A DNA stretch of 31,414 bases from a virus (IMGVR_UViG_3300037478_000061:1-31414); one strand, 5' to 3'. Positions 18,270 to 26,257 are shown, numbered from the stretch's first letter. The notes: generated from the sequence alone by a model not told the origin. Numbers and translations: made by a program.

Positions 18270-20108
18270 TCACAATTCTCCCGCTTCAAAGTTATCACCC
18301 CAATCAGTGGTAAATGTAGTCCTACCAATCAGGCCCGCACGTGTAGTTCCTGCGAACAGCCCGCTTAGGGCGACCGGGGCGATGACTTCAGACCCATTCA
18401 CCAATGCGCGGACTGTGTCTGCTGTCGTATCTATTTCCATCCTTACGACATCACCTGCAGTAATGGTGCCAGAAGAGTTACCAAGATTCGCGAATGTACC
18501 AGCAATCCTAGTGTACAACTGGACTTTGTTGGTAGCGCCGTTATACCGGCACCCTATAAAGTTATCAACATCTTGGACACGCCCACCCATAAAGAAGCTG
18601 GGAGTACCAGCAGTGTGATCCCAATTCATCTGGACGTACATGCTGTCTGATGTTACGTCTGGGCACAGATAACAACTGTCTGGTGAGATTATTTGACAAG
18701 ACAGCTTATTACTTACAATAGTGAGTGACCCTGCTGTACCGGACGTTAGTGTCCAATCACTTGATGCTTCAAGACTTCCGTCTGCACGATCAAAATTGTC
18801 CTGGAAGACAACAGCCGGTTCAGGAGGATTGGCCGGTCTGACTAGTACGGCTTCAGGGAAGCTGCTGTCCGTGGCTGCAAGCAGGTTGTAGCCCGCTTGC
18901 ACTGCGTGTAAGCCATCGCCAGTGATCCCCGCGACAGCGCCGGTAGCGAGCCACTTCTGACTGACCGAGGCGTGAGAGAGCGGGGCGGCTAACTCAAAGA
19001 ACCCAGCGGACCCGTCCACCCCCGCGCGTATCGCTTCGTTGTAGGTTTGAATTGCCGCCTGGTTGGCATTCAATGTCTGATCAGTGCCGTCAACCAAAGT
19101 CCAAGCCCCGGAGGTGTTGGGAGCCACGGTGCAGGTGATGACCTTCTCGACACCGGTGAATAGCCCGATGGTGGTTTGCAGCTCACCCAGCACAGTTGCG
19201 GCAGATTTGTTCTGGCCCGAACCACCGGAGCGGAGGGAGTTGATACCTCCAGCTACCACAACATGCGAGACGTACTGCTTCAGGCCGGAGCGGTGAGTGT
19301 TGGCAAGGTTGAACGCGCTATAAACATCGCCGGCCGAGCCCATGTTGATGAAGCCGAATGTCTGGCCGATATTGCGGGCGACATCGCCCAGCCCAACGCC
19401 ATCGTCATAATTGTCGGTAAATCCCCACGTCCGGCTATCCCCGATCAGGAGAAACGAGGGCATCCTTGTTTGTGCGACGATGGCCTGCGGGACGCAGATC
19501 GGACCCGAGACAGCCCCTAAGTCTGTTATCGTCCCGCCCATGGTGAGATCGGAAAGGCCGGATGCCGCGTAGTTGTAGGCCTCGCCATTGGCTGTATCGA
19601 TTTGCTTGAACCCGGTATTGCCCTCGGAGAAGACAATCCCCGTCACGCCGACGACGAAGGTCCGTATCCAGAACCGGGCATCCTTGGGGATGCTGACATC
19701 CACCGCGTCGGAAAGGGCCTGCGAACCGGATGCGATCACCCTGGTCGTCGCGCCAGTCCATAGGACTTGAGTGAAGGTGCCTTCTGGATACTCGATAGAG
19801 GCCGAAACAGTCTGGTTCCCACCGCCGGCAGTCTCAGGCCCCGTGGTTGACCGGACCCAGTACCAGTTCCCAAGCTCGATCTGCAAAGAGGTGATCGCGT
19901 CCCGTGCAATGTGGGAGGTCCGCGCATTGGCCTGCTTGTTGGTCGTGGATCGGTTCGTCGGCATCCGGGAGTTGGTTGCAACCTGCCCGAGATATGGAGT
20001 TCCGACGTTAAAAGGGTCCGAGTCGAGCCGATCGCGCCGGTTCGCCATAGCGCGCCAGACCCACCAGGGATAGCCGCGATTGCGGAACGTGCGCTTCATC
20101 GCGCCCAT
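18270..20108 (-). CDS. SGNH/GDSL esterase domain protein with a C-terminal lectin-like beta-sandwich
   Basis: All four SGNH blocks are present: LIGDS, NMGSAG, GGINS, DGLH. A Pro-rich linker precedes a DNFDRADG..W module. Confidence 0.8.
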   Translation of the reverse strand: MGAMKRTFRNRGYPWWVWRAMANRRDRLDSDPFNVGTPYLGQVATNSRMPTNRSTTNKQANARTSHIARDAITSLQIELGNWYWVRSTTGPETAGGGNQTVSASIEYPEGTFTQVLWTGATTRVIASGSQALSDAVDVSIPKDARFWIRTFVVGVTGIVFSEGNTGFKQIDTANGEAYNYAASGLSDLTMGGTITDLGAVSGPICVPQAIVAQTRMPSFLLIGDSRTWGFTDNYDDGVGLGDVARNIGQTFGFINMGSAGDVYSAFNLANTHRSGLKQYVSHVVVAGGINSLRSGGSGQNKSAATVLGELQTTIGLFTGVEKVITCTVAPNTSGAWTLVDGTDQTLNANQAAIQTYNEAIRAGVDGSAGFFELAAPLSHASVSQKWLATGAVAGITGDGLHAVQAGYNLLAATDSSFPEAVLVRPANPPEPAVVFQDNFDRADGSLEASSDWTLTSGTAGSLTIVSNKLSCQIISPDSCYLCPDVTSDSMYVQMNWDHTAGTPSFFMGGRVQDVDNFIGCRYNGATNKVQLYTRIAGTFANLGNSSGTITAGDVVRMEIDTTADTVRALVNGSEVIAPVALSGLFAGTTRAGLIGRTTFTTDWGDNFEAGEL

Positions 20109-20111
20109 GTG

Positions 20112-20306
20112 TTAGACGCCCAACAGAACTTTTTTCTGACCCTGCAATGAGCTGGGAGCCAGATCGGTTTTTATCGTCTCTGCCGTGCCGTCATTGGCTG
20201 CAAGCTGCTGCTGCAATGCGGCAGCGCGGGCCTGTACGTCCTTGTCTTCCGCTGTTGGTGTTGGCGGGAGCGGCTTCAGAGCCGGCGGTTTGCTGAATAG
20301 ACACAT
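20112..20306 (-). CDS. Small virion assembly protein (64 aa, MCLFSKPPALKPLPPTP...KKVLLGV)
   Basis: MC..-Pro-rich start and K.LLG end, typical of the small gene before podovirus portals. Confidence 0.7.
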   Translation of the reverse strand: MCLFSKPPALKPLPPTPTAEDKDVQARAAALQQQLAANDGTAETIKTDLAPSSLQGQKKVLLGV

Positions 20307-20775
20307 TGGCCCAAGTTTCCCTTGTCCAGTCGAAAAGGATGAAGTCTTCACCGTTCTTGCCGTAGCCGGGAAGATCGCAGCGTTCGGTTGCACCCAGCCG
20401 GTTCAGCCAGCGAAGCGCCAGTTCATTCGAGGCCAGCGCCCTTGCCTCAACCCGCCATGATCCACGTGAAGCAACCTCAGGGCCGAGCACCTCATAAAAG
20501 AACTGTGTTATCCGAGGCACACAGCGCCGCATGCGCTTCGTTCCCCAGCTCCAGGCTATCCAGAGGCCGCTACGAACCTCACCAGCGCCGAAGGCCGCTT
20601 CCGGGTTGCCATCGATCTCGACGACGTAGGCCAGGCCATGCATGGCGCTGAGAGCCAGTTCAGCTGGTGTCCAGCTATCGAACTGGCAATCTATCTCGGC
20701 GCGATCTTCAGGCCGGAGGTTGGCCGCGATGTAGGACAAATCCCGAAGATTGCCGCCGATGATGCGGACGGTCAT
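20191..20775 (-). CDS. Phage acetyltransferase-like (GNAT-fold) protein
   Basis: IAANLRPEDRAEI, N..A.RWL.RLGA and GYGKNGEDF motifs; ATGA coupling with the TerL-C stop gives a start at 20775. Confidence 0.65.
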   Translation of the reverse strand: MTVRIIGGNLRDLSYIAANLRPEDRAEIDCQFDSWTPAELALSAMHGLAYVVEIDGNPEAAFGAGEVRSGLWIAWSWGTKRMRRCVPRITQFFYEVLGPEVASRGSWRVEARALASNELALRWLNRLGATERCDLPGYGKNGEDFILFDWTRETWANVSIQQTAGSEAAPANTNSGRQGRTGPRCRIAAAACSQ

Positions 20776-21527
20776 CGATAATCGGACAGCGGATCGGACA
20801 TCTTGCCGCTCTGACGATGTGCCCTGAACGCGGCAGGATCGACAATCGAATGGCGAAGCATCATCACCCCGTAGCGAGTGGCGGACATCAGATCGTCCTT
20901 CATCTTGACCACGATCCCATCCTTGCGATGATACAGGCGGAATTCTTGAAACCATTCGTTCAGGTTGTCGAAGACCTTGAAGCGTCCGGTTTGCATCCGG
21001 TCCAGCATCGCCATAAGCCCGGCTTCGACCGAATTAGAACCGTCGCTGAACTGAGCGTGCGTGCCCAGCATGTTCAATCCGTGCTCGCCATACTGCTTTG
21101 CCAGTGCGACACCAGCGCCGGCAAGCGTCCGATTGTGCCCGTCATGCGGCCATGCCCATGGAAGCCAAGATCCCCAAGGCCGCAGCGTGATCGCCTGCAT
21201 CGCCGGCGTCTGCTGGCTTTGCCTATGGCATTTGACCACATAGACAACATCAGCTTCCGAATCCCATGCGAGCTCGACAGCGGCGGAAGGATGCTCCCAA
21301 CCGAAATCCAACCCGCCAATCCTCGGCCAGTACGGTGGCAAGCGGATTGGCGCTACCTTTATGTCCTCTTCCGGAAGAGGAAAAATCCGGCCGGAACCCA
21401 GAACAGGGATGCCCCTGGCGCGCGCCTCTCGCTCATGCGCTGGATAAGCGGCAATGACCTCTGCGCGCCTCTCTGGCGTGTAGTGTTCCGCATCGTCGAT
21501 CGTCATGAACGTGACGTGCTTGCTCAT
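20772..21527 (-). CDS. terL: Terminase large subunit, C-terminal part (end of ATPase lid plus RNase H-like nuclease)
   Basis: MTIDDAEHY, EREARARGIP.LGSG, GLDFGWEHP, WPHDG and DDLMSATRY motifs as in P22 gp2-type terminases. Confidence 0.9.
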   Translation of the reverse strand: MSKHVTFMTIDDAEHYTPERRAEVIAAYPAHEREARARGIPVLGSGRIFPLPEEDIKVAPIRLPPYWPRIGGLDFGWEHPSAAVELAWDSEADVVYVVKCHRQSQQTPAMQAITLRPWGSWLPWAWPHDGHNRTLAGAGVALAKQYGEHGLNMLGTHAQFSDGSNSVEAGLMAMLDRMQTGRFKVFDNLNEWFQEFRLYHRKDGIVVKMKDDLMSATRYGVMMLRHSIVDPAAFRAHRQSGKMSDPLSDYR

Positions 21528-22261
21528 TTCTTCGCCTTCACGAGGAGTTCGATATCTTCCTGCGAAAGGAACTGCTGAACAACGTCCGACATGCCCTTGA
21601 GCGGCGTGAAGGTGACGATGGTAATCCCGTCTGTGGCGTTGGTGCGCGTCATGCCCTCGGAATAAATGTCAGGCGGCGGCTCCTCGTCGAACCACACGCC
21701 GTGCAGTGTGTCACCTTGCCATTTGGCCCGGCCCTGCTCATAAGCCTTGAAGAGCAACGTTGATGCACCACCTGTCGTGTGCCTGACCGTCAGCGAATCC
21801 AGTGCATTCGGAACACCAGCGGCGCGCGACCACGAAAGCAATTTGTCCTTCGGGATCGCTCCCGTGCCCCACTCCTCTTCCTTCTCAGGCTCGCCAACCA
21901 TCAGCTTTTGAATGGTGCCGGCCGTCGATGTCCGACTTTCGCCGGCAGCCCACATCCTGACCGGCTCAAGGAAACGGCGTCCTACCCACCAGTCAGGATA
22001 GATGCCGGTGAGATGTATTGACCATTCGAACGAACCGGCCAGGGTCTTGCCCAACTGGTTCCCAGCCATGAACAAGCGCTCGCGGTGGATAGCACCGGCC
22101 GCGTGGAATTCCGCCTGCTTCTTGTACGGACGATAGGCGGCAAGCCTGTTAGTGCGCCGTCGTCGGTCCATCTCCGATAGGAGGGCCAGATACTCCTTCA
22201 TCGACAAGGAAAGGCCGGATGACGGATTCAAGGCTGCGGATGCGGGCTCGTAGCTCGTCAT
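21524..22261 (-). CDS. terL: Terminase large subunit, N-terminal ATPase part
   Basis: PYKKQ adenine-binding motif, Walker A AGNQLGKT, Walker B VWFDEEP and coupling motif TFTP. Start is 22261 or 22201. Confidence 0.9.
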   Translation of the reverse strand: MTSYEPASAALNPSSGLSLSMKEYLALLSEMDRRRRTNRLAAYRPYKKQAEFHAAGAIHRERLFMAGNQLGKTLAGSFEWSIHLTGIYPDWWVGRRFLEPVRMWAAGESRTSTAGTIQKLMVGEPEKEEEWGTGAIPKDKLLSWSRAAGVPNALDSLTVRHTTGGASTLLFKAYEQGRAKWQGDTLHGVWFDEEPPPDIYSEGMTRTNATDGITIVTFTPLKGMSDVVQQFLSQEDIELLVKAKK

Positions 22262-22538
22262 CGCTCAGATCGTCCATGTTGTTGATGTTGACATTCAGAT
22301 CCTTCGGCAGGATCGAGGCGATCACCTTCAGGTATTGATCAGGCTTCTCGTCTCGTACCTTCTGGATTGCCTCGACGCCGTGAGCCTTGAAGTCCTCATG
22401 CATTGCTTCGAGGAAGGCCTCGCCAAGCGCATTGCGTGAGCCTTTGGGCCTGCCATTCGGGTTGCCGGACTGACCTGGCTTGAACTTCAGATCATCGCGC
22501 AGATGAGCCGGCAGCTTTTCGGTTGTAGGTTCAGCCAT
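22149..22538 (-). CDS. terS: Terminase small subunit (DUF5681-type N-terminus)
   Basis: FKPGQSGNPNGRPKGSRN motif and LSDDEL C-terminal motif; directly upstream of TerL. Confidence 0.8.
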   Translation of the reverse strand: MAEPTTEKLPAHLRDDLKFKPGQSGNPNGRPKGSRNALGEAFLEAMHEDFKAHGVEAIQKVRDEKPDQYLKVIASILPKDLNVNINNMDDLSDDELRARIRSLESVIRPFLVDEGVSGPPIGDGPTTAH

Positions 22539-22839
22539 CCCTCGCCCGCCCTTTTTTCTTAGCTCGGTAGATTGTGGCGCGGCTTACGCCTAACACCTCG
22601 GCTGCGATTTTCTGCGAAGGATAAGTCACGCCCTGCACCCTGACTGGCTTATCCGCGATACGCTCGCCCTTCTTGACCCGATACCCGGGCAGGCCGAGGC
22701 CAACGTTTTCGAGGCAGCCGCGCTTCTGCGCTTTGTAGATTGCAGTCTTATCAAGACCGAGCGCTTCGGCGGCGGCGGCGCCAGATTCGTATGTCACGCC
22801 TCGTATGGTTATCGGCTTACACGAGTGCCTATTGCGCAT
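22531..22839 (-). CDS. Tandem NUMOD1-like HTH DNA-binding protein
   Basis: Two repeats, KPITIRGVTYES..AAAEALGL and KPVRVQGVTYPS..IAAEVLGV; probable start MRNRH at 22839. Confidence 0.65.
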   Translation of the reverse strand: MRNRHSCKPITIRGVTYESGAAAAEALGLDKTAIYKAQKRGCLENVGLGLPGYRVKKGERIADKPVRVQGVTYPSQKIAAEVLGVSRATIYRAKKKGRARDG

Positions 22840-23125
22840 CTGCCTTGGACGCTTTCGTGCCCTTGGCAACAGCCGGCGCCGGATCGGTCTTTGTCACGCC
22901 GGTCTGACTGCGGCCGGACTTGCCTGCGGTGCCTTCCGGGAAGCCATAGCCGCCAACTGCATCGACGGGCCCGCCCTTGACCATGCCGATGAGAACACCG
23001 TCGGCGACCTTGACGAACCTGGCGTTGCCGCTGCGGGGTTCGGTCGGAGTGCCTTCCATCTGCTTGATGTCTGAGACAACGGTGTTGCCGTCATTGTCCT
23101 CGATGAGAACTGCGTACCTGGTCAT
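22829..23125 (-). CDS. Hypothetical phage protein
   Basis: 98 aa; strong AAGGAG RBS; phage-like codon usage. Confidence 0.7.
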   Translation of the reverse strand: MTRYAVLIEDNDGNTVVSDIKQMEGTPTEPRSGNARFVKVADGVLIGMVKGGPVDAVGGYGFPEGTAGKSGRSQTGVTKTDPAPAVAKGTKASKADAQ

Positions 23126-23146
23126 GATCGTTCTCCTTTGAACGGT

Positions 23147-23272
23147 TCACTTACAGTTTGGCTTGCGCCCTACCACAGAGCGGACCGTGGTGTCAGGGTG
23201 TTGCTCGGCATAGGCCTTCGAAACAAACCTACCGGTGATCGCCGATCTATAGACGAACCATGTGGCAGCCAT
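23147..23272 (-). CDS. Small phage protein (41 aa, RSAITGRFVSKAYAEQHPDTTV), not in the ORF track
   Basis: TGATG coupling to the upstream stop; the R.A.TG.FV...YA..HP.TTV motif recurs in small phage proteins. Confidence 0.65.
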   Translation of the reverse strand: MAATWFVYRSAITGRFVSKAYAEQHPDTTVRSVVGRKPNCK

Positions 23273-23460
23273 CAGCCGTATTCCTTGAGGATGGCGGCGT
23301 GATCTTCGAGCAGCTTGATGAGCGCTGATAGCTCCATCGTGGTGGCGCAGAGATTTATCGAGCAGTCAAGAAAGGCCGCAGCCTGCTCGCACATGAACAT
23401 CCGAGCCGCTTCCTCAGCTATCTCAGTAATGCGAGATGGTTCGGCCAATGGCTCACCCAT
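23272..23460 (-). CDS. Hypothetical protein, first late gene
   Basis: 62 aa from ATG 23460, just after the terminator hairpin; no clear SD. Confidence 0.5.
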   Translation of the reverse strand: MGEPLAEPSRITEIAEEAARMFMCEQAAAFLDCSINLCATTMELSALIKLLEDHAAILKEYG

Positions 23461-23464
23461 GCGC

Positions 23465-23485
23465 AAAAGCCCGCGCAAGGCGGGC
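23465..23485 (-). terminator. Leader terminator of the late operon (tR'-like)
   Basis: GCCCGC-CTTGC-GCGGGC followed by TTTT. Confidence 0.7.
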
Positions 23486-23537
23486 CGGTGGTGGTGGTTT
23501 GTGAGATTGTGGACGCGAACGCGCATCCTGTGTTTCA

Positions 23538-23566
23538 GACATACGGTGGTCAGGCTGGCGTGTCAA
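23538..23566 (-). promoter_or_regulatory. Late promoter (pR'-like)
   Basis: Perfect TTGACA-17 nt-TATGTC in the intergenic gap ahead of the packaging genes. Confidence 0.7.
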
Positions 23567-23582
23567 TACCGTTTCGGGGGCG

Positions 23583-23738
23583 TTACGTTTTCTCTTCCTT
23601 GGAGGACTTTAGAACGACGCGACGCTCTGGTTTGTAGATCGTGCCATCTCGATCAATGAGCCATGGCTTTGGAGGCTCCTCTTTTACCGGGAGAAACCAG
23701 ACCCGAATGCTTCGCAGGAATTCGGCAACGGTGTTCAC
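23583..23738 (-). CDS. Small hypothetical protein (51 aa, MNTVAEFLRSIRVWF...), not in the ORF track
   Basis: AGGAGG RBS; GTG start overlapping the upstream TGA. Confidence 0.55.
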   Translation of the reverse strand: MNTVAEFLRSIRVWFLPVKEEPPKPWLIDRDGTIYKPERRVVLKSSKEEKT

Positions 23739-24253
23739 CTGAATTTCCTCCTAAGCGCCGCGATGCATGGCTTGATCGCATGGATGTCGCTGGCCTGGTT
23801 ATCGTAGAAGACTACACCGTTGAAGATCATGCGCGCCCGGCTGTCTAGCCCACTAAGCGGCTCGATCCATTCGGCGTAGCGCTTGCGGATGCTGGCGATT
23901 TGATCCTGTGACGGCTCCCCGCCGAATCCCTTGGCCGCGAGATAGTCCATGGCCTTGGGGAACGGATGCTGAGGATTGGTCAGCGCCATGAAGCGCGCCA
24001 CGGTCTGAACGTAGTCGTCGCAGACCTCGACGTCAACGAGATCGATCTGGCCCCTGAGATAGAGCCGGCCGATCTCGTAGCCGGCCAGCCTGTCGCCGGC
24101 TTGAACCAGGGTGAGCTTGTGCTGTGCCATGCGGGCGTGGACGGTGCTGGCGCGGATTTCGGCCACTGTTGCCCGCTGCGGACGCCCATTTGGTTCGCGG
24201 GCTACCTGCTTGCGGATGCGTCCGCGACGTTGCGAGCGGGTTTTCGCCTTCAT
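23735..24253 (-). CDS. Putative late transcription regulator/antiterminator (Q-analogous position)
   Basis: Basic N-terminus with REPNGR and GRLYLRGQI motifs seen in alphaproteobacterial phage late regulators; lies just before the promoter/terminator pair. Confidence 0.55.
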   Translation of the reverse strand: MKAKTRSQRRGRIRKQVAREPNGRPQRATVAEIRASTVHARMAQHKLTLVQAGDRLAGYEIGRLYLRGQIDLVDVEVCDDYVQTVARFMALTNPQHPFPKAMDYLAAKGFGGEPSQDQIASIRKRYAEWIEPLSGLDSRARMIFNGVVFYDNQASDIHAIKPCIAALRRKFR

Positions 24254-24930
24254 GTGCGGTTCTCTGCTTCGCTTTCGGCACGGATGGCGGCCGAAGTCGT
24301 TAGAAGCTCGGTGACTTCACTGGCGTATCCCTTGACCTTCGAAAGATAGTTGGCGCGGCGGTCGGCAATTCCGGCGCATCGCTCCCGCTCAGCCATAAGC
24401 GCCTCGGCGAATTCCTTGTAGAGGCGGTCGCATGGCACGTCGAAAGCGAGATAGCGCCCAGCGAATTCGGTAGCCGCCCTGTGGATGTCTTCTGGGGTGT
24501 CGCTCATCCTAGTGCTCCTCATACGTGCCGAGATCATGCGGTTGCGCTCGCGAACCCGGTCAAGGTCATAGCCGACCAGCTTGGGAAGGTTGTGGGAATC
24601 CTGATGGCTGGCGATTCCGTGCATGCAACTTGTGTGGTCGCGGGCGAACCACCGAGCGATTTGGCTGGACGATGTCTTCTTGGGATTTCGCGCCTTGATC
24701 AGGTACATGGCCTCGTTGCGAGCCTCCACGGCAACCCGAATTCGGCTGTCACCCGCTATCATTTGGATGTTGATGCCTCGATCCTTTGCCACCTGTTTGA
24801 CTATCTCCCGGATAGCCTCAGGCATGCCGCGCTTGCGAAATGCGTCAATCCCGCACCGGTTGAACTCTACCGTTGCCTTGTGAGTGCGGGAGGCGCATTC
24901 GTCGTGTCCTGAATAGGGAACTAGATACAC
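24250..24930 (-). CDS. DnaA C-terminal-like HTH protein fused in frame to an ERERCA-family small protein
   Basis: SR...V.ARNEAMY......SSSQIARWF.RDHTS..HGI matches the DnaA domain IV pattern; internal RBS and ATG at 24507. Confidence 0.75.
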   Translation of the reverse strand: MYLVPYSGHDECASRTHKATVEFNRCGIDAFRKRGMPEAIREIVKQVAKDRGINIQMIAGDSRIRVAVEARNEAMYLIKARNPKKTSSSQIARWFARDHTSCMHGIASHQDSHNLPKLVGYDLDRVRERNRMISARMRSTRMSDTPEDIHRAATEFAGRYLAFDVPCDRLYKEFAEALMAERERCAGIADRRANYLSKVKGYASEVTELLTTSAAIRAESEAENRT

Positions 24931-24942
24931 CGTGAAACTCCT

Positions 24943-25158
24943 TTACGCTTGATTTTTTCTGGTCTCATATGGGCTGAAGAGATTCAGGCGCCGGCTGCGT
25001 TCCATGGTGATCCAGCGATGAATGACTGGCTCACGGATGCCGAAGCGATGGGAAATCTGCAGGGTGTCTAGGCCGCCGGCAAACATCTCGTAGGCTCGCG
25101 CCGGTCGCTCTGCCTTCTTCTGAGCGTAAATCGCCTTTCCGTCTCTCGCCTCAAGCAT
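24943..25158 (-). CDS. Small HTH DNA-binding protein
   Basis: GLDTLQISHRFGIREPVIHRWI HTH-like pattern; AAGGAG RBS, TTG start. Confidence 0.6.
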   Translation of the reverse strand: MLEARDGKAIYAQKKAERPARAYEMFAGGLDTLQISHRFGIREPVIHRWITMERSRRLNLFSPYETRKNQA

Positions 25159-25624
25159 GTGAAATCTCCTTTCCGGGTCCGTAAATGATCCCCAACGAAC
25201 ACCAAGTCGCGCCCACCGGAATCTCCCTCGCCGCGCTCATCTTGCGCCACTGGTCGTAGGAGATGTTTTCGAACAGCACCGGCAAATGGGCGTTTTGGGC
25301 CAGCCGCTTCTGCTGCCGGATTTGGAATGGCGCGAGCGGGCCGGGGAAGAATTGCAGAGCTTTCCGTTCCGGGCGCGCCTTCATGTCGATGTATTCCTGG
25401 CGCTTGCGGGCTTCCGCTACGAACTCGGCCACGGAAGGCGCGAACGTCTTTGATTGGCCTGGCACGTCGCCCATGGTGAACCTCTGTGCTGCTTCAGTGA
25501 CGGCTTGCGGGGAAAGCCCCGACAAAACCGCTTCGTAGGTTCCCATCGTCAGGTCCGGATTCGTAGCTCCCATTGGAAAGCTGTTGAGCATGGCGGTGAT
25601 TGCCAAAAACGCCTTCTGATCCAT
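25151..25624 (-). CDS. Putative replicative helicase loader/inhibitor (P/G39P-like position)
   Basis: Y..VL.......V.EAA.RF..G......FAPSVAEF motif; overlaps the upstream initiator-like gene, as in O/P pairs. Confidence 0.55.
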   Translation of the reverse strand: MDQKAFLAITAMLNSFPMGATNPDLTMGTYEAVLSGLSPQAVTEAAQRFTMGDVPGQSKTFAPSVAEFVAEARKRQEYIDMKARPERKALQFFPGPLAPFQIRQQKRLAQNAHLPVLFENISYDQWRKMSAAREIPVGATWCSLGIIYGPGKEISHA

Positions 25625-25901
25625 TTCCGTTGATCCTGTCTTGAGCGACATCGACGTATGTGCGTCTGCCTGTGCGCTGCTGTGGCCTTGCCAGCCATTC
25701 GGCCTTAAAACCCTGCCATCCACGCAGGATCATTTCCTCGGCCGCTGCATTCGGGTCAGGGCAGAGAGCGAATTGCTTTGCCAGTAGCTTGGCAGCGAAG
25801 ACCGTCAGGGCGCATTTCTTGGTCTTGCGGTGATCTAGGACCGCTGAAGCGTGTTCAGCATCTAGGGCCGTGCCTAGGGCGGCTAGGATGTCGTCTTTCA
25901 T
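25494..25901 (-). CDS. Protein resembling only the C-terminal domain of a phage replication initiator
   Basis: DHRK.KK..LT..AAK.LAK and I.RGWQGFKAEW motifs; ATGA coupling to rusA; no N-terminal HTH and no iteron region. Confidence 0.6.
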   Translation of the reverse strand: MKDDILAALGTALDAEHASAVLDHRKTKKCALTVFAAKLLAKQFALCPDPNAAAEEMILRGWQGFKAEWLARPQQRTGRRTYVDVAQDRINGNGSEGVFGNHRHAQQLSNGSYESGPDDGNLRSGFVGAFPASRH

Positions 25902-26257
25902 GCGGCCTCCAGTTCGATTCTGACCGCGCCGCCCTTGACCGGCGCTTCCTTGCGAGGCGCGCCGAATTCCCACTTCGAATCGTCAATGCCGATAGCGTCG
26001 GCAATGCCGTCAAAGCTCGCCTTGAGTGCGGAAAGGCATCCGTCGATATCGTGCTTGTGATTGTTGGGCGGGAAGAACACCGCCGTGACCTTCAGCGCCG
26101 CCGGGATGTCGGGATCGTTGAGCCTGATACCCGCCTCCTTGGCGCACCAATAGGCGGTGGCTCGGGCGTGCTTGGCGGCTTTGGCGCGCTTTGACCAATG
26201 CTCGCGCGCGTTTGGGTGAAGTTTCCTGTCGGGCCAGGGCAATGAGATCGCGATCAT
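25898..26257 (-). CDS. rusA: RusA-like Holliday junction resolvase
   Basis: LPWP...L.PNAR.HW, FFPP...KHDIDG....LK...DGIADAIGIDD motifs. Confidence 0.8.
   Translation of the reverse strand: MIAISLPWPDRKLHPNAREHWSKRAKAAKHARATAYWCAKEAGIRLNDPDIPAALKVTAVFFPPNNHKHDIDGCLSALKASFDGIADAIGIDDSKWEFGAPRKEAPVKGGAVRIELEAA

Noticed and set aside
21500-21560. Intron or intein at the terL break
   Set aside because: There is no intervening sequence; the two halves overlap by 4 nt.
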